A stretch of 64,000 bases of DNA, taken from assembly GCA_033764725.1 (NCBI GenBank), contig JANRIR010000073.1:9972-73971 (forward strand), read 5' to 3'. Shown here piece after piece: positions 49,795 to 59,911 of the stretch; position 1 is the stretch's first letter; each line of letters begins with the position of its first letter. Position numbers and translations under genes: made by a program. Under the pieces are notes generated by a model, which had not been told where the DNA came from, made no database searches, and saw only the letters and a list, made by a program, of their open reading frames with translations. This DNA is from Hyphomonadaceae bacterium. GTDB lineage: Bacteria > Pseudomonadota > Alphaproteobacteria > Caulobacterales > Aquidulcibacteraceae.

Positions 49795-49832
49795 CTCTAA
49801 CCATGTAGCTCCAGCCAGCGACAAGGACGCCC

Positions 49833-51506
49833 ATGCGACGCGCCTCGACCAGCACCCTCCTTGCGGCCACCGCCGGCTTCGCCCTGCTTTGGGGCGGATA
49901 TGCGCCCGGCGTCGGCCAAGAGCCCTCCGGCGCTGCGTTCGCGCAGGAGGCGCCGGACGACGACCCCGACGATGACGCCGATGACGACGATGACCTCGGC
50001 AGCGACGGCGCAGGCGAAGACGATCCCGGCAATGACGGCATCGACGACGCTGGGGGCGACGAGGCTGGGGGCGACGACGTTGGCGGCGATGACGCGGGCG
50101 GCGACGACGCGGGCGGCGATGACGCCGGCGCTGACGATGCGGGCGACGACGGCGCCGGCGGCGATGACGACGGACCCGGCGGAGACGATGGCCCAGGCGG
50201 CGATGATGATGGGCCCGGCGGGGACGATGACGGCTCCGGCGGCGCGCCTGGCAGCGATGACGACGATGGGCCGGGCGGCGATGACGACGACGCGCCCGGA
50301 TCGGGCGGCGGTCGCGACGATGACGACGACGACCCGCCTGGCGGCTCGGGCGTACGCGGCGTCGACGCCGACGGCGGCCAGCGCATTCGCGACGGCGACC
50401 GCGACGTCGCCGGACCGAGCGCGTTGCCTGACGGCGTCGAGGTCGATTTCGAAGGCTATTGGGTGAAGGCCGGCGAAGTGCTGGCGCTGGAGGCCGATCC
50501 CACCTCGCTCGAGTTCGCGCGTGCGCTGGGCTTCGAGGTGATCGAACGCCACCGCTTGACGACGCTCGGCCTGTCGATCGTGGAGCTGCGCGTGCCGCGG
50601 GGACAGCAGACGCGCGCCGCGCTCGAAACGCTGCAAAACGGCGACCCGGACACCGCCTACGATTTTAACCACATCTACACCGCAACCCAGAGCGGGCGCC
50701 CCGCTCCGGGCGGCGCGCGCCGACCTGCCGCGTCCGCAACGACGCCGCCGGCGGTGCGCGCCGGCGCCGTCGGCATTGTCGACACGCGCATTGACGCCGC
50801 GCATCCGAGTTTGCGCCAGGCGCGCATCGTGCAGTCCGACTTCGTCAACCGCACCGTTGCGCCGAACGATCACGGCACTGCGGTCGCGTCGGTGATCGTC
50901 GGCGAAGCGGCGTCGCGATCGACGGCGCTGTCGGTGTACGCCGCGGCCGTGGTCGATCGCTCCGGCGTGCGCGGGGCGGAACTCGCCTCCGCCGACCGTC
51001 TCGTGCGCGCGCTTGATTGGATCGCGCAGAACAATGTCGCGGTGGCCAATGTCAGCCTCGCGGGTCCGCCGAACCGTTTGGTGGAGGACGCCGTGCGGCG
51101 TGCGCAGGCGCGCGGCATGCTGATTGTCGCCGCCGTCGGCAATGACGGGCCGGCCGCGCCGCCGCTCTATCCCGCCGCCTATGACGGCGTCGTCGGCGTG
51201 ACGGCGGTGGACGACAACGGCGTCGTCTATCGGCGTGCAGGGCGCGGCGAGCATGTCGATTTCGCCGCCCGAGGCGTCGGCGTGCAGGTGGCGGCACCGG
51301 CGGGGCAGAGCATGGAGGTCAGCGGCACGTCCTACGCGGCGCCTTCGGTTGCGGCGGCGCTGGCGGAACTGCACACGCGGATGGACGCCGCCTCCGCCGC
51401 GGCGGCGGTGGCGGCGCTGCAGCAGCGCGCGCGCGACGCCGGCGACCGCGGACGCGATCCGGTCTATGGCGACGGCGTGGTGCCGACGGGTCGGGCGACG
51501 CCATGA
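49833..51506 (+). CDS. secreted S8 (subtilisin-like) serine peptidase with a poly-Asp/Gly N-terminal tract of about 150 residues
   Basis: Has a signal peptide (..AAFA-QE). The catalytic triad contexts are GIVDTRID (Asp), NDHGTAVASV (His) and SGTSYAAPSVAA (Ser), with the oxyanion Asn in AAVGNDG. 557 aa. Confidence 0.85.
   Translation: MRRASTSTLLAATAGFALLWGGYAPGVGQEPSGAAFAQEAPDDDPDDDADDDDDLGSDGAGEDDPGNDGIDDAGGDEAGGDDVGGDDAGGDDAGGDDAGADDAGDDGAGGDDDGPGGDDGPGGDDDGPGGDDDGSGGAPGSDDDDGPGGDDDDAPGSGGGRDDDDDDPPGGSGVRGVDADGGQRIRDGDRDVAGPSALPDGVEVDFEGYWVKAGEVLALEADPTSLEFARALGFEVIERHRLTTLGLSIVELRVPRGQQTRAALETLQNGDPDTAYDFNHIYTATQSGRPAPGGARRPAASATTPPAVRAGAVGIVDTRIDAAHPSLRQARIVQSDFVNRTVAPNDHGTAVASVIVGEAASRSTALSVYAAAVVDRSGVRGAELASADRLVRALDWIAQNNVAVANVSLAGPPNRLVEDAVRRAQARGMLIVAAVGNDGPAAPPLYPAAYDGVVGVTAVDDNGVVYRRAGRGEHVDFAARGVGVQVAAPAGQSMEVSGTSYAAPSVAAALAELHTRMDAASAAAAVAALQQRARDAGDRGRDPVYGDGVVPTGRATP
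49953..50402 (+). repeat. imperfect GGCGGCGAYGAC-type coding repeat encoding the acidic (GGDD/GPGGDDD)n tract
   Basis: Residues about 41-190 read PDDDPDDDADDDDD..GGDDAGGDDAGGDDAGADDAGDDGAGGDDDGPGGDDGPGGDDDGPGG..RDDDDDDPPGG. The antisense frames give poly-Ser/Pro shadow ORFs. Confidence 0.8.
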
Positions 51507-52171
51507 TGCGCCGCGCCTTTCTCGCTTTCGCGCTCGCGTGCGGTCTCGTTGGCGCCGCGGACGCCGCGCCGCTGCCGCGCTACGCCGCCGGCCAGGCCTT
51601 CATCTTCGACAACGGCCGCGTCGAACTGGTTCGCGAGGTCAGAAACGATCGCGTCGTCTGGTCGGCGCGCAGCGGTCGGCCGTACGTACGCAGCGCCAAT
51701 CCGGTCGTGCCCATTCTGGAATGGTCGTTTCGCGGCCAGACGGGACGGCGCACGGTGCTCGGCGATCCCGATCGCCTCTGGCCGCTGCGCGCCGGGCGAC
51801 GCGTCGAGTTTCGCACGTTGAACGTCGCCACCGATGCCGACGAGCGCGCGCGACGCAGCATCCATTTGTGGAGCTGCGCTGCGCGCACGCCGGTGACGCT
51901 CGATGTCCCGGCCGGACGATTCACCGCCATCCCGGTCGTGTGTGATCGCTTCAGCCACAATTCGATGCGCGTGCTGGAACGGCTGACATGGCACTATTCT
52001 GAAGAAGTCGGGCACTATATCCGGCGCGAGGCGCGCGACATGAGCGACGGCAGCGTCGAAACCTACGCGCTGTTCGCCACGCTGCCGCCGCACGCCGCCA
52101 ACGACGTCCGCATCGAAACGCTGGCGCGGCAGGCGCGCGCGGCCTCCGCCGGCTCGCGGCCTCAGCGCTGA
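51503..52171 (+). CDS. secreted hypothetical protein co-transcribed with the S8 peptidase
   Basis: 222 aa with a signal peptide (MMRRAFLAFALACGLVGAADA-AP). Its ATG makes an ATGA overlap with the protease stop. I recognise no family. Confidence 0.6.
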   Translation: MMRRAFLAFALACGLVGAADAAPLPRYAAGQAFIFDNGRVELVREVRNDRVVWSARSGRPYVRSANPVVPILEWSFRGQTGRRTVLGDPDRLWPLRAGRRVEFRTLNVATDADERARRSIHLWSCAARTPVTLDVPAGRFTAIPVVCDRFSHNSMRVLERLTWHYSEEVGHYIRREARDMSDGSVETYALFATLPPHAANDVRIETLARQARAASAGSRPQR

Positions 52172-53583
52172 ACGCCGCGCGCGGCGATATCGGCGCGGAT
52201 GCGCGCGTGCGTGGCTTGATCGAGACGATAGCCCCACATGATCCAGGCAGAGAGCGCAAGCCCGATGAGCGGCGCGATGGTCATGATCGCCTTGACGCCT
52301 GCGACCGCCTCGGCGCTCTGGCGCGCGCCGCCTTCGACATAGCCGACCGCGGTCAAGAGTGCGCCGAGAGCGAAACCGTTCACGCCGAGCGCAACCTGTT
52401 TGGCCCAGGACGCCACGCCGAACACTTTCGCGTCGTGACGCTGGCCGGTCGTCCATTCGGTGTATTCCACCGTGTCCGGCAGCATCGCCCAGATCAGCGT
52501 GAGATAGGCGGCGTTGGCGCACGCGATGAAGCCCAGGAGCGCGGCTGCGATCACAGGATCGCGGCTCTCGTTGAAATAGAACGCGGCGTACGCCACGACG
52601 CTCACGAGATTGGCGCTGAGCCAGGCGGCGCGTTTCGACGTGCGCTGCGCCACGGCCGCCCAGACCGGGCAGAACAGGAATTGCACGAACAGCGTGAAGG
52701 GCAGGATGTATTGGCGCAGATCGGGCCGCTGCAGATCGTGGATGATGTAATAGGTGAGACACTTGTTCGTCATCGTGAACGCCAGCGAGCTCACGATCAT
52801 GCACGCGAACACGCGCAGGAGCGGCCCGTTGCGCGACAGGATCACGCCGACGGTGCGGATATCCTCAGCAATCGCACCGAGATGAAAGCCTTTCGGATTG
52901 GCGTCGACCATGGCGGACGGCTCGCGGGTCGCGGCAAAGCACAGCCAGAACACGGGCAAGGATGCGAAGCCCACGACGCCCGCCGCGATGACATAGGCGT
53001 AGGCGTTGTCCGGCCCCGTTTGCGCTTGCAGCGCGTCGACGATGCTTGGCATCGCGAACGTCACGGTCATGCCCCCCAGCATCGCGAAGGCGATGCGCCA
53101 GCCTGCCATTTCGGTGCGTTCGTTGCTGTCGGCGCTGATCCGCGCGGCCAGGGAGGAATACGGAATCTGCACGACGGAATAGGCCGTGCGCAGCAGGATT
53201 TGCGACAACAGCGCGTACAGGAATAGCCCGCCCTGCTCGCCCTGCGGCGTCAGGAACGACGCCATGAAGCACACCGCCAGCAAGGGGCTCGCGAAGATCA
53301 GATAGGGACGATACGAGCCGTATCGCGTGCGCGTGCGGTCGGCGATGGCGCCGATGACGGCGTCGGCGAACCCGTCCCAGAAACTCGCGAGCAGAAACAC
53401 CAGGCCCGCCAGCGCCGGGCTCAAGCCCAGCACGTCGGTGTAGAACGGCATCATCAGCAGATTGAGCGACTGCCAATAGATGTTGAAGCCGAAATCCCCC
53501 ACCGCCCAGCCGAGCTTGGCGGATCGCGCCAGCGGCGCCGATGGCGCACGCGCCGCTTGCGGCGGATCGATGCTTATCGCCAT
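52162..53583 (-). CDS. glycoside-pentoside-hexuronide (GPH):cation symporter family transporter
   Basis: Starts at MAISIDPPQ (residue 266 of ORF 52162..54378). ..KLGWAVGDFGFNIYWQSLNLLMMPFYTDVLGLSP..AG.VFLLASFWDGFADAVIGAIADRTRTRYG..RPYL is the GPH/MelB-type signature. It lies downstream of the beta-glucuronidase gene. Confidence 0.85.
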   Translation of the reverse strand: MAISIDPPQAARAPSAPLARSAKLGWAVGDFGFNIYWQSLNLLMMPFYTDVLGLSPALAGLVFLLASFWDGFADAVIGAIADRTRTRYGSYRPYLIFASPLLAVCFMASFLTPQGEQGGLFLYALLSQILLRTAYSVVQIPYSSLAARISADSNERTEMAGWRIAFAMLGGMTVTFAMPSIVDALQAQTGPDNAYAYVIAAGVVGFASLPVFWLCFAATREPSAMVDANPKGFHLGAIAEDIRTVGVILSRNGPLLRVFACMIVSSLAFTMTNKCLTYYIIHDLQRPDLRQYILPFTLFVQFLFCPVWAAVAQRTSKRAAWLSANLVSVVAYAAFYFNESRDPVIAAALLGFIACANAAYLTLIWAMLPDTVEYTEWTTGQRHDAKVFGVASWAKQVALGVNGFALGALLTAVGYVEGGARQSAEAVAGVKAIMTIAPLIGLALSAWIMWGYRLDQATHARIRADIAARGVQR

Positions 53584-55373
53584 GGCGAACCATCCTCCCC
53601 AGCGGCGCGCCGCGCCCACAGAGCGCGCACGCGAAAGGCGGCGGCTTTCGGGCGGCGGTCGCGCGTCAAGACGCCCTTGAGATTCAAGACGACGCGCCGT
53701 CCGTGCTGTGCGGTTCGGAAATCCGCGAAGCACCAGACATGCCCGCCGATCGCGGCCGGATGCGCAGCGATTGCGCGCCAATAGGCCTCGATGAGATCGG
53801 CCTGATACTCCTCGGCGAACAATTGGGGATAGGCGGCGTGCTCTCCCGCCAGCGCGTCGGCGCCGAACTCGGAGACGAACACCGGTTTGCCGAATCGGCC
53901 GGAAAGATCGTCGATGTCGGCGGTGAGCGCGGCGGCTGCGACCTCGAGCTGCGCGGGATGGGTGTACCAGCCGTAATAGCGATTGATCGAAATGAAATCG
54001 TCTTCCGCGAAGGCGGGATCGTCCGGCCCGGCATAGGCGACATGCGCATGCGTCAAGGGCCGCGAAGGATCGAGCGCCCGCGCGTGCGCGTAAAGCGCGC
54101 GCCAATAGGGCCCGCTGCCGGCATAAGCCTCTTCGCCGAGATAGCCCGGCTCGTTGGCAAGCGACCAGGCGATGACGCAGGGATGGTTGCGGTCGCGCGC
54201 AATCATCTGCGTCACGGCCTGCTTGTGCCGCACGAGCGTCTGTTCGGTGGTCCGGCGAAAATCCAGATTGACGGCGAAGGCCTCGCCGATCACCAGCACG
54301 CCCGCTTCGTCGCAGGCGTCGTAAAATTCTTCCGCATAAGGGTAATGCGCCGTGCGCACGGAGTTCGCGCCCAGCCATTTCAGGAGCGCCAAGTCCTTCA
54401 CCAGTAGCGGCAAATCCAGGCCGCGCCCGCGGATTGCGGAATCCTCGTGCTTGCCGAAGCCGCGCAAGGTCAATGGCGCGCCGTTCAGCATCAGCGCGCC
54501 GTCGGCGATTGCGATTTCGCGCACGCCGATGCGCAGATCGACTTGATCGAGGAGCGCGCCATCGAGCGCCCGCGCAAGCAGGCGCAACGGCAGCAGTACG
54601 GGATTATCGGGACTCCACACCGGACACCCCGTCGCCCGCACGACAAGATGCGCCGACGTTTCGTTGGGCGCGCACTCGACTTGCACGGCGCGTCCATCCG
54701 GCAAAGTGAGAACGGCCTCGATTCGTGTGGCGGCGGCGAGCCGGCCAACGCACGATACATCGATCAGCCCCGCATCACCCTCGATGCGTGTCTCGACGGC
54801 GACAGCGTCGAAGCCGCATTGCGGCGCGATCATGAGATGAACGGGCCGCGCGAGACCGCCATAGGGATAAAAGTCAAACCGCACCGCCGGCAGATACTCG
54901 TCCTTGAGCCGCCCTTCGGCGACATAGTCCGTTTTGGCGATCGGCGGCGTCGGGCTGTCGGGCGGCAGGCGATTGTCGACACAGACGACAAGACGCGCCG
55001 TCGTTCCCGGCGCGGCGTCGTCGAGAACGATGTCGAACGGCAGATGCGCCGCCGCCGATGCGCCGCGCAGGCGCCCATCGACGAACACGCGCGCATGATA
55101 ATCGGCCGATCCGAAGCGCAGCGACACGCGCCGTCCCGCCGCATGGAGGGGAATGAAGATGTCGGTCTGCAGCCAAGCGGCGCCGACATAGGTCATCGCG
55201 CCGACTTCCGCGAGCTGTTCGTTCCACGATCCCGGAACGGCGATAGCATGGCCGCCCTCGACGCCCGCCGCCCAACCCTGCGCATCGCCTTCATCGGCGG
55301 GATCGAAGCGAATGCGCCACAGGCCCGAGAGATCGACCGCATCGCGCGCGGCGTTGCGTTGCGGGCGGATCAT
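53574..55373 (-). CDS. uidA: beta-glucuronidase (glycoside hydrolase family 2)
   Basis: 599 aa starting at [19 protein letters not shown]. Contains ..GANSVRTAHYPYAEEFYDACDEAGVLVI.E.. and ..HPCVIAWSLANEP (acid/base Glu), and later FVSEFGAD (nucleophile Glu), as in GH2 GUS enzymes. It makes an ATGA overlap with the kdgK stop. Confidence 0.85.
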   Translation of the reverse strand: MIRPQRNAARDAVDLSGLWRIRFDPADEGDAQGWAAGVEGGHAIAVPGSWNEQLAEVGAMTYVGAAWLQTDIFIPLHAAGRRVSLRFGSADYHARVFVDGRLRGASAAAHLPFDIVLDDAAPGTTARLVVCVDNRLPPDSPTPPIAKTDYVAEGRLKDEYLPAVRFDFYPYGGLARPVHLMIAPQCGFDAVAVETRIEGDAGLIDVSCVGRLAAATRIEAVLTLPDGRAVQVECAPNETSAHLVVRATGCPVWSPDNPVLLPLRLLARALDGALLDQVDLRIGVREIAIADGALMLNGAPLTLRGFGKHEDSAIRGRGLDLPLLVKDLALLKWLGANSVRTAHYPYAEEFYDACDEAGVLVIGEAFAVNLDFRRTTEQTLVRHKQAVTQMIARDRNHPCVIAWSLANEPGYLGEEAYAGSGPYWRALYAHARALDPSRPLTHAHVAYAGPDDPAFAEDDFISINRYYGWYTHPAQLEVAAAALTADIDDLSGRFGKPVFVSEFGADALAGEHAAYPQLFAEEYQADLIEAYWRAIAAHPAAIGGHVWCFADFRTAQHGRRVVLNLKGVLTRDRRPKAAAFRVRALWARRAAGEDGSPWR

Positions 55374-56293
55374 GCGCCGCGACCAGGCGGGCGGCGCGGC
55401 GGGATCGCGCCCGGCGCAGCCACCACCTCCGCCGCGAGAGCGTGCCCGCGCGCGGCCGCGGCCAGCGGCGAAAGCCCGCTCAAGCGCGCCGAAACGTACC
55501 CTGCATTGAAACCGTCGCCGGCGCCGGTCGTGTCGACGACATGCGCCGGCGGCGCCGCGACAAACCCTTCCTCGCCGTCCCGCGCCCGCACGAAACTGCC
55601 GCGCGCGCCCAGCTTCACCGCGACCTCGTCTGCGCCCCAGGACATCCAGCGCCGCGCGGCGTCCTCCGGCGCGCCGTCGCCCCACAACAGGGCTTCGTCA
55701 TCGAGCGTCGGCAACGCGAGCGACACGTGTGGCGCGAAGGCCTCGATCGCGGCGCGTGCGGCGTCCGCATCGGGCCACAGGGATGGGCGATAATTGGGGT
55801 CGAACGCAACGAGGCCGCCGCGCACGCGCACCGCCGCTGCAAGCCCCGCAAGCCGCGCGCGCCCGCCCGCATCGAACAGCGAGAGGGTGATTCCCGTGAG
55901 AAACAGAGCGTGCGCGCGTGCGGCGTTGTCGAGCGCGGCGTTTATTTCGGGCAGTGCGAACATCTCGCGCGCGGCGCTGTGCGCGCGCCAGTACTGAAAA
56001 CGACGCTCGCCGTCATCGTCGACATGGATGGCGTAGAGGCCAGGCTGGCGCGACGGATGCGTCAGGGTCAGATCGGACTTCAGCCCCTCTTCGCCCCACG
56101 CGGCGCGCAGGCTTTGCGACAGCGGATCGCGCCCCAACGCCGTAAGCAGCGCAACGTCCTCGCCGAGCCGGGCGAGATGGATCGCCGTATTCAGCGCATC
56201 GCCGCCATAGCCGAAGCGCGCCGCACCCATCAGCGGGCCGCTGATCTCCAGCATGCCTTCGCCGATGCACACCAGCCGCGTCACCAGTTCCAC
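55370..56293 (-). CDS. kdgK: 2-dehydro-3-deoxygluconokinase (PfkB family)
   Basis: ..[10 protein letters not shown].. and the C-terminal [15 protein letters not shown] motif are present. The track start is a GTG at 56293. A GTG at 56284 would make a GTGA overlap with the manD stop and is equally plausible. Confidence 0.85.
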   Translation of the reverse strand: MELVTRLVCIGEGMLEISGPLMGAARFGYGGDALNTAIHLARLGEDVALLTALGRDPLSQSLRAAWGEEGLKSDLTLTHPSRQPGLYAIHVDDDGERRFQYWRAHSAAREMFALPEINAALDNAARAHALFLTGITLSLFDAGGRARLAGLAAAVRVRGGLVAFDPNYRPSLWPDADAARAAIEAFAPHVSLALPTLDDEALLWGDGAPEDAARRWMSWGADEVAVKLGARGSFVRARDGEEGFVAAPPAHVVDTTGAGDGFNAGYVSARLSGLSPLAAAARGHALAAEVVAAPGAIPPRRPPGRGA

Positions 56294-57558
56294 ATCGTGC
56301 CGTCGGCGAGGCGCGCGATCGGCAATTGCTTGGGATCGTAGGGGTAGCGTGCGGCCTTCGCCTCATCGATGTCGACGCCATGCCCGGGGCTTTGCCCTGC
56401 ATGCAGAGAGCCGTCGGCGAAATGATAATCGTGGGGAAACACCTCATCGGTTTCCGGCGTGTGGCGCATATATTCCTGGATGCCGAAATTCGGGACCCAG
56501 GTGTCGAAATGCAGCGCGCATCCCATCGTCACCGGCGAAAGATCAGTTGCGCCGTGACACCCCGTGCGCACCTGCCAGACCGCGGCGAAATCGGCGATGC
56601 GGCGCAGATGCGTCAAGCCGCCGGCGCCGAGCACGGTGGTGCGGATATAGTCGATCAGCTGGTTCTGTATGAGATCCTTGCAGTCCCAGACGGTGTTGAA
56701 AATCTCGCCCACCGCAATCGGAGTCGTGGTGTGGCGACGGATGAGCGCGAAGCTTTCCTGGTTTTCCGCCGGCGTCGGATCCTCCATCCAGAACAGGCGA
56801 TAGGGTTCGAGCGCCTTGCCGAGTTGTGCGGCTTCATTGGGCGTCAGGCGATGATGTACGTCGTGCAGGAGAAACGGCGTCGGCCCGTGGGCGACGCGCA
56901 GCGCCTCGAACAGTTTCGGCGCATAGGCCAGATAATCCGGCGTCGACCAAAGCGTTTCGGTCGGCAGCGCGGAATCGGCGGGCTCGTAATACATCGCGCC
57001 GCGTCCGACACCGTAAGCGCCGCGCACGCCGGGCACGCCCGTCTGCGCACGCACCGCCTTGTAGCCGAGCGAAAGATAACGGCCGACCTCATCGACCGTC
57101 TCGTCGATGTCGCGGCCATTGGCGTGGCCATAGACCAGGACCCGGTCGCGCGATCGGCCGCCCAGCAGGTCGTAGAGCGGCGCGCCATAGGCTTTACCCT
57201 TGATGTCCCATAGCGCCATGTCGACGGCCGCGATCGCGCGCATGGTGACCGGACCGCGCCGCCAATAGGCGCCGCGATAGAGCAATTGCCAGATGTCCTC
57301 GATGCGCCGGGCGTCGCGCCCGATCAGGAGCGGAATGACGTGGTCCCGCAGATAGGCGACCACCGCCATTTCCCGGCCGTTCAGCGTGGCGTCGCCGATG
57401 CCGGTTATGCCCTCCGCCGTCTCGATTTTGAGGGTCACGAAGTTCCGACCCGGACAGGTCACAATGACCCGCGCGGCGCTGATGGTCAGGGCGGGCAGCC
57501 CGCCCTCCGATGGTTGGTCCGCCTCGGCGGGGCTGCGCTGAACCTGTTGATTCGTCAT
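56281..57558 (-). CDS. manD: D-mannonate dehydratase, enolase-superfamily type (ManD)
   Basis: 425 aa. ..[66 protein letters not shown] is the ManD pattern. Contains metal-ligand blocks (HDVHHR, WMEDP). Confidence 0.88.
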   Translation of the reverse strand: MTNQQVQRSPAEADQPSEGGLPALTISAARVIVTCPGRNFVTLKIETAEGITGIGDATLNGREMAVVAYLRDHVIPLLIGRDARRIEDIWQLLYRGAYWRRGPVTMRAIAAVDMALWDIKGKAYGAPLYDLLGGRSRDRVLVYGHANGRDIDETVDEVGRYLSLGYKAVRAQTGVPGVRGAYGVGRGAMYYEPADSALPTETLWSTPDYLAYAPKLFEALRVAHGPTPFLLHDVHHRLTPNEAAQLGKALEPYRLFWMEDPTPAENQESFALIRRHTTTPIAVGEIFNTVWDCKDLIQNQLIDYIRTTVLGAGGLTHLRRIADFAAVWQVRTGCHGATDLSPVTMGCALHFDTWVPNFGIQEYMRHTPETDEVFPHDYHFADGSLHAGQSPGHGVDIDEAKAARYPYDPKQLPIARLADGTMWNW

Positions 57559-57680
57559 AGGTTAATCCCGCACTCGACCTGCCGAGACCGCCGACGGCGC
57601 CACGTCCGGGCGATCGCTTACAGGTCTGACCAATCAGGACCGCGAAATTGATGCTAGCGTCGGCGTTGTGTCCTGTCTAT

Positions 57681-57695
57681 ATTGGCCTGACCAAT
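57681..57695. promoter_or_regulatory. candidate GntR/UxuR-type operator (ATTGG-N5-CCAAT palindrome), with a half-site copy at about 57620-57634
   Basis: ATTGGCCTGACCAAT sits 20 nt upstream of the regulator ATG. A second copy of CTGACCAAT (GGTCTGACCAAT, 57623-57634) lies in the same manD/regulator divergent spacer. Checked against the translation of ORF 57648..58208. Confidence 0.35.
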
Positions 57696-57714
57696 AAGGG
57701 CGCGGGTGCACGCG

Positions 57715-58476
57715 ATGGCCAAAGATCAGCGCAAACGCTTGTATCAGCAGGTCGCCGACCGCCTGGCCGAGGACATCGCCGCCGGCCGCTATCAGATCGG
57801 CGACCGGCTGCCCTCCGAGCGCGACCTGGCCGTCAGCCTCGGCGTGAGCCGCCCCACGCTGCGCGAGGCCGTGATCGCGCTGGAGCTCGACGGGCTGGTC
57901 GACGTGCGCACCGGCTCGGGCGTGTATGTCGTGGCCACCGCGCCGAACGCCGCGGCCGCTGCGCCGCGCGCCTCCGAGATGGGCCATTTCGAGGTGCTGG
58001 AGGCGCGCCGCATCATCGAGCCGGAGGCTGCAGCGCTCGCGGCGCGCGGCATCACCGCGCAGGAATTGCGCGAGCTGCACGCGCTGGTCGCCGAGATGGA
58101 GACGCAGAACGATCGCGGCGACGTGGTGATGTCGGAGGACGCGGACCGCCGCTTTCACATTTCCATTGCGCGCGCCTCGCAGAACAGCGCCGTCGCCGCG
58201 GTGGTTGAGATGCTGTGGGATGCGCGCACCCACTCCAACCAGTCGCAGCGCGTGCTGGAGAAAGTGCGCGCCGTCGGCGTCAAGCCGCGCATCAACGAAC
58301 ACGAAGCGGTGCTCGATGCGCTGGCGCGGCGCGACAGCGAGGCCGCGCGCGCCGCGATGGCAGAACATCTCGACCAGGTGCTCGACGTCATGCTCGAAAC
58401 CCAAGAGCACGAAGCCATCGAGCGCGCCCGCGCGGACATCGCCGCCAAGCGGCAACGCTACCGCGTTCGGGGCTGA
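57715..58476 (+). CDS. GntR-family (FadR-subfamily) transcriptional regulator, likely hexuronate regulator
   Basis: MAKDQRKRLYQQVADRLAEDIAAGRYQIGDRLPSERDLAVSLGVSRPTLREAVIALELDGLV is a GntR winged-HTH, followed by an FCD-type C-terminal domain. Confidence 0.88.
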   Translation: MAKDQRKRLYQQVADRLAEDIAAGRYQIGDRLPSERDLAVSLGVSRPTLREAVIALELDGLVDVRTGSGVYVVATAPNAAAAAPRASEMGHFEVLEARRIIEPEAAALAARGITAQELRELHALVAEMETQNDRGDVVMSEDADRRFHISIARASQNSAVAAVVEMLWDARTHSNQSQRVLEKVRAVGVKPRINEHEAVLDALARRDSEAARAAMAEHLDQVLDVMLETQEHEAIERARADIAAKRQRYRVRG

Positions 58477-58483
58477 CGCCGCG

Positions 58484-59908
<1,425 letters not shown>

Positions 59909-59911
59909 GCG

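Noticed and set aside
44106-50402. Whether the tandem repeats at 44106-44324 and 49953-50402 could be CRISPR arrays or non-coding satellites.
   Set aside because: The periods are 12 nt or irregular with no unique spacers, and both tracts sit in frame inside ORFs with signal peptides. No cas genes are present.
49787-51374. Minus-strand ORFs 49787..50386 (poly-Ser/Pro) and 49797..51374 (525 aa) opposite the S8 protease gene.
   Set aside because: These are mirror images of the GGCGAYGAC-type repeat and of the protease coding frame. The plus-strand frame carries a complete Asp/His/Ser subtilase triad.
52162-55685. Very long N-terminal extensions of track ORFs, for example 738 aa for the GPH transporter and 703 aa for the glucuronidase. 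The same applies to recO, era, nuoC, nuoN, birA, the LolC/E-type permease gene, dctM and uxaC.
   Set aside because: The extensions are Arg-rich low-complexity sequence that overlaps the upstream gene. In each case conserved protein sequence begins at an internal Met that often forms an ATGA overlap with the upstream stop.
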